From Promethearchaeota archaeon (GTDB taxonomy: Archaea; Asgardarchaeota; Heimdallarchaeia; Hodarchaeales; Hodarchaeaceae): DNA of 64,000 nucleotides. Each line of letters opens with the position of its first letter. Position 1 is the stretch's first letter. The stretch spans positions 1 to 64,000 of the forward strand of contig JBHLMN010000018.1 in NCBI GenBank assembly GCA_048938105.1, read 5' to 3'. The notes under the pieces are model-generated. The model did not search any database. It saw nothing but the letters and a program-made list of their open reading frames with translations, and was not told the origin of the DNA. This document shows positions 41,311-49,986 of the stretch, in pieces. Position numbers and translations under genes: made by a program.

Positions 41311-42564
41311 ATGGTTTTTTTTCCATCTAAATCTCAATTCATTGAAAAGTATAGATGGCTTCTTCTTTCTTTGCTGTGTAATCTGATAATACACTTATTT
41401 CTAGGATTGATTTATTATAATCCAGTGGATTTTGTACTTCAATATGAGGCTGCCAAAAAAATTGCGCAAGGACAGCTCCTTTACCGTGATATTGGTAAAT
41501 TCATAATTGGTGACGTAGAACTACCAAAACCACAATATCCACCGCTTTATTTATACACTTTAGGATTTATTATCGCAATATTTGGTGTAGAAAGGTTCAC
41601 ATGGCAAATGGCTAAGATTTTTTTGATTATTTTTAATATACTTGTCGGTTTGTTAGTCTATCATATTCTATTGATTCATATCCAGTCTTCTCCTAGAGGC
41701 AATATGATAGCGTTAGCTGCATTAAACTGGTTTTTATTAAATCCATCAACCTTAGGAATCGTCTTTGGAGGTTATCATGAAAATTTCATGTTATTTTTCG
41801 TGTTACTGGGAATTTTTATGTTTAAAAACGCTCACTACGGACGGACTGGGTTATGTTTTGGATTAGCTCTCTTAGTTAAACCGATTGTTGGCATTTATAT
41901 GATACCCCTTTTAGTTTGGGGTATTCAAACACGTGATTTGAAATCAATAATAATCTGGATTGGAGCTGGTTTCACATTTCTGATAGGATCTCTTCCATTC
42001 TTATTATTATCTCCTGAGGAATATATCAATGATGTTTTCCTTATTCATACTCAGAGACCCGATCCAAGCATGTCATTTTACACTTATTTTTTATCTGAGA
42101 TCTCATCAACTCTATTTCCATTTGTATTGCAGCTAATCATTTTTGGACTATATATTGTGATATTTATCAAGAAAATTCCAGTTACCAGTTCTAAGGAGGT
42201 TATTGTAGCAATTCTACCATTTATGACCATTTTTATGGCTCTAAACCGTATTCTTTATCCTCACTATGTACCATTTTTCTTTCCGTTTTTCACTTTCACA
42301 GTCTTTTTTCTAGTTAAGGAGTATTATAATCATAATACAGCTAATAAACCAATTGTAATTTTCATAGTGTTAATTTTAGGCCTTTTTTTGGTTTATTTAG
42401 GAAGTATCTCATGGTCGTTACTTTGGTCAATTGAAAGGTACGAAACTTATTTGTCCAATCCACTCTTCCCGATTTCAGCAGTCATATGTATCATTGGATT
42501 AATTATAATTTCAGTAACTTCTCTCTTCTCTCTTAATTATATGAGTAAAGAAAAAGTCAAATAG
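41311..42564 (+). CDS. GT-C fold membrane glycosyltransferase (GT87/PIG-M-like)
   Basis: Multi-TM; D after TM1, QYPPL, LNP, GYHE, ALLVKP and YPHY motifs. Confidence 0.75.
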   Translation: MVFFPSKSQFIEKYRWLLLSLLCNLIIHLFLGLIYYNPVDFVLQYEAAKKIAQGQLLYRDIGKFIIGDVELPKPQYPPLYLYTLGFIIAIFGVERFTWQMAKIFLIIFNILVGLLVYHILLIHIQSSPRGNMIALAALNWFLLNPSTLGIVFGGYHENFMLFFVLLGIFMFKNAHYGRTGLCFGLALLVKPIVGIYMIPLLVWGIQTRDLKSIIIWIGAGFTFLIGSLPFLLLSPEEYINDVFLIHTQRPDPSMSFYTYFLSEISSTLFPFVLQLIIFGLYIVIFIKKIPVTSSKEVIVAILPFMTIFMALNRILYPHYVPFFFPFFTFTVFFLVKEYYNHNTANKPIVIFIVLILGLFLVYLGSISWSLLWSIERYETYLSNPLFPISAVICIIGLIIISVTSLFSLNYMSKEKVK

Positions 42565-42593
42565 AAGATAAAAAAGTCAGCAAATTCTTATTA

Positions 42594-44198
42594 CTAATCC
42601 AATTCAGCTTCAAACTCACAATATGGATGCCCATTTGCTTGACATTTTGTCTCGCGAACAATAATTTCATCTTCAACTAATAGGTTTAACCTACCATTAA
42701 GAAACCCTGCCATGAAATCGTCCAAAGTGTTAATTTTAGTTGGTTTTTCGATTCCTGGGAAAAGAGCAGAGAGATCCACAGTAGAGAGGTCAATTCCTGA
42801 AGTGGCTGCACTTTCCCAGATTTTAAAAACAGCAGATTCATCATCGATAACTTCAACAGTAGCCACACCATGAATCCGAGATAATAACCGTCCTGGTGTG
42901 TTTAAATAATAGCCAAGTAATTCGCAGGCTTGAGGAAATTCCGCTGGGGGTAAGTATTCTTCACCATCAAGATTTCGTTGAGATACGATCCTACTGATAC
43001 TTCCGACATCTTCTAGCATTTGACCATAGCTTTGACCCGCATAAGCTAATAATGTGGAATTGAATGGATCAGAAAATTTTACAGAGGTAATGATGTGCTG
43101 CAAGACTGAGATATGACAATAATCTCCAATACCTGGTCTCATTTGCCTACGATTAAGGATCGAATCAAACATATTTCGAGAAATGGTTGATAAGGAAACA
43201 TCAAACCGTAAGCGGTCATCATCACTGAAGAATTCCTTAGATTTAACCTTAGAGGGACTATAATGGTCAGACTCCTCGCCCAATCGTATATCAAATTCAC
43301 AGTAATCGTCTCCTAACCCCCAGCATTTTGTCTCCTCAACACTCGCTTTCTCACCTAATGTTACCTCCAAGAGGCCTGCAATTTCTCCAGATATAAATCC
43401 ACAAACATCTTGTCCAATATCAGAGTTCATCACTGCGAGTCCAGAATCTTTAATTTGTAATCGAGCATGATAAGGTGCAATTTGTGTAATATGAACTTCA
43501 GAGGCTATATTAGTTGCACCAGGATTTGGTCCATAAAGAATACGAAAACCCTTCAGCATTTCAGTAAATCGGGATTTCATTCTGTGTGTTTCCATAATCT
43601 TGGGATTATATCTATGGATCCATGATTGAGCTGACCCGAATTTTCCCGCTAGTTCTCCTGAACGAAATAAGTATGACTTGGCACTTGGATTAATAGCTAA
43701 TAAAGAAGTAACAATGGATTGAAGATGTCCTATGTGAACGTAATCGCCAACTGAAGGACGAGTCACTGATTCAAGTTCATCCTCATTTAATATCCTTTCT
43801 GAAACACTGATGATTGATAATTTCCGCCATCGATCAATCAATTGAGACGATTCACTTGCTTTAACCCCCGCCTCGATCAATTTATTAAATAAAAAGTTGA
43901 ATAAATCATACTGATCTGGTGAAAACATATTTGTAGCATCAGTAGTTTCAGTAGTAAAGCTGGAGAACATTGATGCTGCCTGAGTTGCAGAGAGAATAAC
44001 CTCATCATCATAGAGAACATGAGGGACGTTGCGGACACCATATTTACTCGCAATATCACGGTTTTCATCTGTATCAATAATAGTTAAACTCGCCCCGCCT
44101 TGAGAAGTATCTTCAATTCGCTTTAAATGTCGTGCAACTGGCTTACAGGCTGCACAATGAGGCCCCTTGAATAGAATAATTTTGATAGGTTCTGTCAT
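42594..44198 (-). CDS. Thioredoxin domain fused to two V4R domains
   Basis: GPHCAACK and VP; V4R1 VCGFISGEIAG...ETKCWGLGDDYCEF; V4R2 LDDFMAGFLNG...ETKCQANGHPYCEF. Confidence 0.85.
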   Translation of the reverse strand: MTEPIKIILFKGPHCAACKPVARHLKRIEDTSQGGASLTIIDTDENRDIASKYGVRNVPHVLYDDEVILSATQAASMFSSFTTETTDATNMFSPDQYDLFNFLFNKLIEAGVKASESSQLIDRWRKLSIISVSERILNEDELESVTRPSVGDYVHIGHLQSIVTSLLAINPSAKSYLFRSGELAGKFGSAQSWIHRYNPKIMETHRMKSRFTEMLKGFRILYGPNPGATNIASEVHITQIAPYHARLQIKDSGLAVMNSDIGQDVCGFISGEIAGLLEVTLGEKASVEETKCWGLGDDYCEFDIRLGEESDHYSPSKVKSKEFFSDDDRLRFDVSLSTISRNMFDSILNRRQMRPGIGDYCHISVLQHIITSVKFSDPFNSTLLAYAGQSYGQMLEDVGSISRIVSQRNLDGEEYLPPAEFPQACELLGYYLNTPGRLLSRIHGVATVEVIDDESAVFKIWESAATSGIDLSTVDLSALFPGIEKPTKINTLDDFMAGFLNGRLNLLVEDEIIVRETKCQANGHPYCEFEAELD

Positions 44199-44676
44199 GT
44201 TTCCTATGACTCCATTTTTCCTATTTAGCGGGTTTAGAGTCCTTTATTTATTAAGAGTAACAACTAAGATTACAAAACAATCTTTTATATATTATACCAT
44301 CGATTTGATTCAAACCCTTTTCATACGAAAACAACCGTAAATTATCAGATGTGGCTCTTCAGGAGGTTATTCTCTGCTTTATTGTTGTCATTTCTCCATC
44401 CTCTTGACTTTTGTTCTTATTTCTTGTATATGTTCGCTATAAAAGAATCTTAGATCTTTTTCAATTAATCTCCTTTCGAAATTTCTTCCATTCAATCATA
44501 TGAATTTTATGTTCAATACCATTACGCTAATAACCAAAATAATTAAGATACCTTCATTGTTGATTACTTATTTATCACATTAGGGGATGTACCCTTCATT
44601 TTTTGATTTGATATACTAACAATCTCTCTAGTTAACTTGAAGAAAGAAAGAAATGATATAATTACCTGATTCTCAT

Positions 44677-45060
44677 ATGATTAATGCAACTCAAGAACTT
44701 AGTTCAAGAAACAAAGAATTAGATGTAATTCTTGAAAATTATTTGAAAAAAACCTCTTCTATCCAAGCTATCACCGTTGTAAGCCCAAATGGCCTTCCTA
44801 TAGCATCTAGCTCTGATGAAAATGAAGTAGTCATCGCTGCGATGACTGCTGCGAGCCAAGCATTATCAGAACGTGTTTTAACAGAATTAGATAGGGGAGA
44901 TATGCAAGAAATCATGCTTTCAGGAAAAAATGGTTTTGTAGTCATACTGAATGCAGGAGAGAATGCTGTTGTTAGTTTTACTGCTAAGGATTTCAAAAGC
45001 ATAGGATTGGTGCGGGTCTTAGCAAAACAACTGGCAAAAATTATTTCTGAAATGGTATAG
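44677..45060 (+). CDS. Roadblock/LC7 (MglB-like) protein
   Basis: VVSPNGLPIAS, IAAMTAA, ELDRGDMQEIMLSGKNG and AGENAV motifs. Confidence 0.93.
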   Translation: MINATQELSSRNKELDVILENYLKKTSSIQAITVVSPNGLPIASSSDENEVVIAAMTAASQALSERVLTELDRGDMQEIMLSGKNGFVVILNAGENAVVSFTAKDFKSIGLVRVLAKQLAKIISEMV

Positions 45061-45564
45061 TATCATTATGTCTAAAATGTGTTGAGCTTAAGGTGGTATT
45101 GTAAAAAATCCTCTTCTATTGAAAATTGCTCCAAAACTCTTCATAATTCTCAACACGAAATTATTGTCCTTATATTCTGTGTAAAAATAATGATATAAAC
45201 AATTGATCCAATAACCAAAAATTCCGCCTTTCACTATAATAAACTGTCTATTAAATAATTATTCACACAACTTGAAAAAAGAATTCATCAATAGATCTGA
45301 TGAGTGACATGTTAGATTTTTTCTCTAACTTCTATGAATGTTCGTTCCAACTGGTACCAATTTCTAAAGGAACCGATTTACTTGAGGATATTTTTGAGCA
45401 AATGAAGGTACAGGTAAAAACTTTCTATCAATTACTACATTGGAAGCGTAATCACCTATTATTTCCTAAACCAACATTAAGTACTGATCAAATTTTTTTT
45501 CTGGGTTCATTCCTCTGTTTTAGAATCTGCTTTACTTTTAACAGGAGTACAAGGCGGGTTTAAA

Positions 45565-46041
45565 GTGACTCAAAAAGGACCAAAACTCTGTGATTCTTCA
45601 ACTTATAAAGGGAAAAAACAAACACCCCGTCCCCGTCGGGTTCTACTGGACATTGGTTGCGATGATCCTGATCTTATCAAAGCTTTAACTCAACTAGGCT
45701 TGGAAGTTGAACTGGTCTGGCGCCATGCCGTGGATCTCTTGAATTATGAAATTATCGAAATCTGTACAGCCCAACACATTGCTATCTTGGTGTCAACCAA
45801 TAGCCAGTTATTGACTCCCCCAGAAGAATGGCTCACTTATCTCATGCCTCATCGAACAAGGCTCTTTTTTCCGCCTCCGCAATTGTTGCACGACCCGAAA
45901 GGTTTAGCTCAGGCTATCTATGAACGTACTTTTACTCGACTGAAACGAAAACAAGTGGGACAGCTTAATCCACACCATTTACCTCGTAATTCTAGTAAAA
46001 ACGTTACTAATCCCCCTTCAAATAAAATTAACATGGAGTGA
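45565..46041 (+). CDS. Degenerate PIN-like (Mut7-C/DUF5615-type) protein
   Basis: RVLLD...LIKALTQLGLEV...LNYEIIEIC...ILVSTN follows the fllD...L..lG.dv...sD.eI...ilTxD pattern, with two Asp>Asn changes. Stop overlaps the tnpB start (GTGA). Confidence 0.55.
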   Translation: MTQKGPKLCDSSTYKGKKQTPRPRRVLLDIGCDDPDLIKALTQLGLEVELVWRHAVDLLNYEIIEICTAQHIAILVSTNSQLLTPPEEWLTYLMPHRTRLFFPPPQLLHDPKGLAQAIYERTFTRLKRKQVGQLNPHHLPRNSSKNVTNPPSNKINME

Positions 46042-47573
46042 GGAATCTAATGCGACTAACCCTTGAAGCAGCATGGTATCCATCCACAGAACAACATCAA
46101 ATCATTCAGGATCATATGAGACGCTTTCAAATCGTGAAACGCGTCGCATTCAACTGTCTCCTCAAAGGACACGCGAGACAACCAATTGTCACTCGGATTC
46201 GAAAATTAAATCTCCTCTCAAACGCTCGGTATATTCGCTCTGCAATTGAGGAAGCCAAAACAATTATCCAAGCTCAACAACAGCTGGTCTCTCTTTATTG
46301 CAAGGAGAGTGCGTGGAAAGTCCAACAGGCTAATCAACGCTTGAAGGACTACCAACAAACCTTGAATCAAAAACAAAAACCTTTCACGAAAAAACAATAT
46401 CAAAAACTCAAAGGACTACATACTTATTTCCAAAAGACCCAGTCTCTCCAGATGAAATGGCAAACTCATAGAAAAAATAAGACTATTCCTTCAATAGTAT
46501 TTGGAGGCAAACAAAATCTTCACCTATACCAACAAGGAAAAATATCCAAAGAGGAGTGGACTAAAAGACGGAACAATGGCATTTATTGTGTGGGTGAAAA
46601 AAACAAGCGAGGCAACGCCAACTTACGTCTTCATTATGATCCTCTTACCGACACATTCACTTTTTCGATGCTATTAGATCGTGGCCAAAGAAATGAGCGA
46701 TTGAGGGCTTTTTTATTTATCCCAATCAAGTATGAAACACTTTTTCGACGATTAACCTATAGTGAAGAGAAATACACTGTTCGTGTTTTGTACTCCACTA
46801 ATAGGACTTTTTTTCGAGTATTGGTTACATTAGATCTTTCAACCGAAATCATATCAAATAATAATGGGATAGCTGGAATAGATCTTAATCCTTCAGGGAT
46901 TGCGATCACTTTAATCTATCCTAATGGAAATTATCGCTGTTCAAGATGGTTTTTCTGCTCTGAACTAGTATATGCCCGAAAAGAGAAGCGTGACTGGTTG
47001 ATCGGTAATCTTGTGAAAAAAGCTCTCAATTGGATTACTTCGTATAAGTTGAATACTCTCACTTTAGAAGATTTGACATTTTATAAGCAGTTTGGATCAA
47101 ATAAAAGGTTTAATCGAATCAAAACAAACTTTGTTCACAAAAAATTACTTCAGACTATTCAAGCTCAAGCGATAAAACAGAAAATAACACTCAAATTGAT
47201 TAATCCAGCCTATACTTCAATTCTTGGCAAGATAAAATATCAACGCTGTTATGGTCTGAATATTCACCAGGCTGCTGCTTTAGTCATTGCCCGTCGCAGT
47301 CTGGGTTTAAATGAAAAACTTTATGCTCACATCAATGGGAAACGGCTGGTGTTGGTTGTTCCACCGATGGAAGGATGGACAAGCAAACAGATCCACCGTT
47401 TATCCCGTGAGATAGATGAGTTCACGGCTCACCTGGGTAATTCAACGAGTAAAGTGTCGGTTAGTTTACCCCGACTAATTACTCGGCGCCAAGGCTCAGG
47501 AGGCGGGATAGTCCCCCGCGATCACACCCCTACTCCAGGTAAGGGTGCACCAGTTCTCAAGACTGGTGTTTAG
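46038..47573 (+). CDS. tnpB: TnpB-related RNA-guided nuclease (clade lacking the Zn finger, with atypical RuvC-III)
   Basis: RuvC-I GIDLN, RuvC-II LEDL, and INPAYTSILGKIKY...NIHQAAALVIARR. Confidence 0.9.
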   Translation: MRNLMRLTLEAAWYPSTEQHQIIQDHMRRFQIVKRVAFNCLLKGHARQPIVTRIRKLNLLSNARYIRSAIEEAKTIIQAQQQLVSLYCKESAWKVQQANQRLKDYQQTLNQKQKPFTKKQYQKLKGLHTYFQKTQSLQMKWQTHRKNKTIPSIVFGGKQNLHLYQQGKISKEEWTKRRNNGIYCVGEKNKRGNANLRLHYDPLTDTFTFSMLLDRGQRNERLRAFLFIPIKYETLFRRLTYSEEKYTVRVLYSTNRTFFRVLVTLDLSTEIISNNNGIAGIDLNPSGIAITLIYPNGNYRCSRWFFCSELVYARKEKRDWLIGNLVKKALNWITSYKLNTLTLEDLTFYKQFGSNKRFNRIKTNFVHKKLLQTIQAQAIKQKITLKLINPAYTSILGKIKYQRCYGLNIHQAAALVIARRSLGLNEKLYAHINGKRLVLVVPPMEGWTSKQIHRLSREIDEFTAHLGNSTSKVSVSLPRLITRRQGSGGGIVPRDHTPTPGKGAPVLKTGV

Positions 47574-47652
47574 CATAATTCCTGATCAACTCTTCATAAA
47601 ATGTCTAGATTTGCAGAGGATTTATGTACCTGGTATTGTAACACTACCTTGT
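47425..47652 (+). ncRNA. Predicted omegaRNA (scaffold to about 47633, then guide)
   Basis: Stems CGAGTAA/TTACTCG (47446/47479), GTCGG/CCGAC, GCGGG/CCCGC, CACCAGT/ACTGGTG and CATAATTCCT/AGGATTTATG. CCAGGTA (47535) is complementary to the terminal TACCTGG (47627-47633). The 5' end is approximate. Confidence 0.7.
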
Positions 47653-47735
47653 TAAAAGGAAATCTTCTAAAAAGAACAACCTGATTACCGTTTTTTAGAT
47701 TGAGAATATCGAAAGAAAGACTCTGAGGATATAGA

Positions 47736-48464
47736 ATGAGGATCGAGCAATTTGCAAGCATATATCTAGAGTTTAATAAACCTGTGGTATTAGAGGTCTA
47801 TCAGGGTTATCTTATTGCTGGACAGATAAAAAGTAGGGCACCACGTTGTTTTTGGATCAATAAACAAAACATTGAGGGGATTGCAGAATTAGCTAAGATC
47901 GTAGCAATCGAATCTGCCTTTCATGGCCTTCTTTCACTAATCCCAGGAGGATCATTTGCTTATCGTTTGATAAAGGATCAAATTGGTTATCCCCCTCGTT
48001 TTAATGTAATATTCGAACCAAGATATTACACTGTTACATATAGCACCATCACTTTGGATCAAAAAGGAGATAATAAAGGTATAGTTGATGGTCTTGTTCA
48101 TGGTATTGACAGTGTGGCAAAAATGGCCCTTAAAACAGGTAGTAAACTGCAAGAAACGATTGTTGAATTAATAACAAAAGAAAAATCAAATACTATACCG
48201 AGTGATGATATCTTAGGATTTACTTATATAAGATTTGATGATGTGACAACTGCTATTCGTAATAAAATCGTAGAAAAACGTTTATCTGAAACAAAATCTA
48301 CTTCAGCAAGGTTGGCAAAGAGTACAATGGCTGATATTGTTCCTCCAGTTGTCGTTAGTTTCAAAACCACAGCCAATGAGGAAGCAATGAATTTTCTCAG
48401 TCATTTACATCAATTAGGTTTTAAAGTTAATTTTTCTAAATCCATTGTTGATGCAAACAAATAA
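47736..48464 (+). CDS. Hypothetical protein
   Basis: 242-aa ORF with GAGG upstream; no motif recognised. Confidence 0.65.
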   Translation: MRIEQFASIYLEFNKPVVLEVYQGYLIAGQIKSRAPRCFWINKQNIEGIAELAKIVAIESAFHGLLSLIPGGSFAYRLIKDQIGYPPRFNVIFEPRYYTVTYSTITLDQKGDNKGIVDGLVHGIDSVAKMALKTGSKLQETIVELITKEKSNTIPSDDILGFTYIRFDDVTTAIRNKIVEKRLSETKSTSARLAKSTMADIVPPVVVSFKTTANEEAMNFLSHLHQLGFKVNFSKSIVDANK

Positions 48465-48519
48465 GGCTTAAAGTTTGCACATCAACACAAAGAAGAACAT
48501 TGTAAGGAATAACTGAGAA

Positions 48520-49821
48520 TTGAACATTTACTATGACACTATCATCGTTGGGGCTGGTATTTCTGGAGCAACTCTTGCCCATGATTTAACAAAAGCAGGT
48601 CAACAAGTATTGCTACTTGAAAAAGGTGGTAATCATCGTTTTCTAGGCAATCATTTAGCTATTATTAGAATAGCAGACAGAAAGGGTTTTCGTTACACTA
48701 AAGAGCATTTAATGGTTGCTTCAGGAGTTACAGTTGGTGGATCATCTGTAATCAGTGCTGGAACTGCATTTCGGCCGCCTCGTTATTATTTTAAGCCTTG
48801 GAACGTAGATATTGAACGAGAGCTGGATCAGGCAGAAAAAGATTCGAAAATGACTATTATTCCAGATGATTTGATTGGAAAAGGAAATCTTAATCTTTTA
48901 GAAGCAGGAAATCGGATTGGTCATGAATGGATTCGATTACCAAAATTTATTGACCTTTCTAAATGTGTTCCAAACTGTTCAGCCTGTATGTTAGGCTGTA
49001 AACGAAAAGCAAAATTCACTGCTCGAAGTTTAATCGAAGAAGCAAAATCTCAAGGATTACAGATGCAGAAAAAAGAAGTTGAACGTGTGGCTATTGAAGG
49101 TAGCAAAGCTATCGGAGTCAAACCTAAAGGGGGACACATAATAAAAGCGGATCGAATAATTATTTCTGGAGGGGGTATCCATTCACCAATAATATTGCAA
49201 AAATCAGGAATTGATAACGCAGGGCAGGGATTTTTCATGGATCCCATGGTTTTTACTTATGGTGTGGCTGCTGAAAAAAGCCACAGGACAATTCACGATA
49301 TGCCAATGGCTGTTGGTACATATAAATTCTATAAAGATGAGGGAATTCTTCATAGTCCAGTAGTTGATCCATGGGGAATCTTTCTAGTCACTTTCTTATA
49401 TCAAAAAAATCCATTGAAAGTATTGAAATTTCGTCATTATCGTCACCTCATGGGAATTATGTCGAAAATACAGGACACCAAACAAGGTACCCTCACACCT
49501 ACTAGATTTGGTATTAGAATTTCAAAAAAATTGACAGTAGAAGATCACATTCGACTCGATAAAGGTCAATCCATTGCTCGAGAAGTATTAATAGAAGCAG
49601 GATCAAAACCAAAACATATTTTTTCCACTCCTATCCGTGGTGCTCACCCTGGGGGTACAAATAGCATTGGTGAGGTTGTTGATTCTAATCTTCAAACGAA
49701 AATCTCCAATCTTTATGTTTGTGATTCAAGTATCCTACCCCGATCGTTAGGAGCGCCTTTGGTAATAACACTAATGGCTTTTGCTAAAAGATTAGCAGGA
49801 CGAATTATTAGTGAATCATAG
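48520..49821 (+). CDS. GMC-family FAD oxidoreductase
   Basis: VGAGISG, VGGSSVISAG, CVPNCSACMLGC, HSPIILQKSG and HPGGT motifs. Confidence 0.9.
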   Translation: MNIYYDTIIVGAGISGATLAHDLTKAGQQVLLLEKGGNHRFLGNHLAIIRIADRKGFRYTKEHLMVASGVTVGGSSVISAGTAFRPPRYYFKPWNVDIERELDQAEKDSKMTIIPDDLIGKGNLNLLEAGNRIGHEWIRLPKFIDLSKCVPNCSACMLGCKRKAKFTARSLIEEAKSQGLQMQKKEVERVAIEGSKAIGVKPKGGHIIKADRIIISGGGIHSPIILQKSGIDNAGQGFFMDPMVFTYGVAAEKSHRTIHDMPMAVGTYKFYKDEGILHSPVVDPWGIFLVTFLYQKNPLKVLKFRHYRHLMGIMSKIQDTKQGTLTPTRFGIRISKKLTVEDHIRLDKGQSIAREVLIEAGSKPKHIFSTPIRGAHPGGTNSIGEVVDSNLQTKISNLYVCDSSILPRSLGAPLVITLMAFAKRLAGRIISES

Positions 49822-49986
49822 GATCTTATCCCTTTAAATCGTAAGAAATAAGATTACTTCTACTATTTCATTTTCTTTAAAAAAGAGACTGCAGCCTCCC
49901 CAGTGTTTATTGTTACCTCTAATATTGTCAGTTCTTTGTTCTTTTTCATTATATTACTGTAGGAATTGGTTTTACTTTCGTTTAAA

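Larger units (their letters stand above)
45097..47633 (+). mobile_element. Non-autonomous IS607-like tnpB element
   Basis: Both junctions read TGG|TATTGTAA. Subterminal 12-bp direct repeat AACTCTTCATAA (45135, 47588). Rejoined flanks give the hairpin AAGGTGGT-attgtaac-ACTACCTT. Contains tnpB but no transposase. Confidence 0.7.

Noticed and set aside
45300-45563. 87-aa ORF inside the tnpB element as a transposase remnant
   Set aside because: No HUH/Y1 or serine-recombinase motif; it may be spurious or a small cargo gene.
45094-47641. IS4-like element with an 11-bp target duplication (TGGTATTGTAA)
   Set aside because: No DDE transposase and the inverted repeats are asymmetric. The pseudoknot ending at GG fits an IS607-type boundary better, though a duplication is not excluded.
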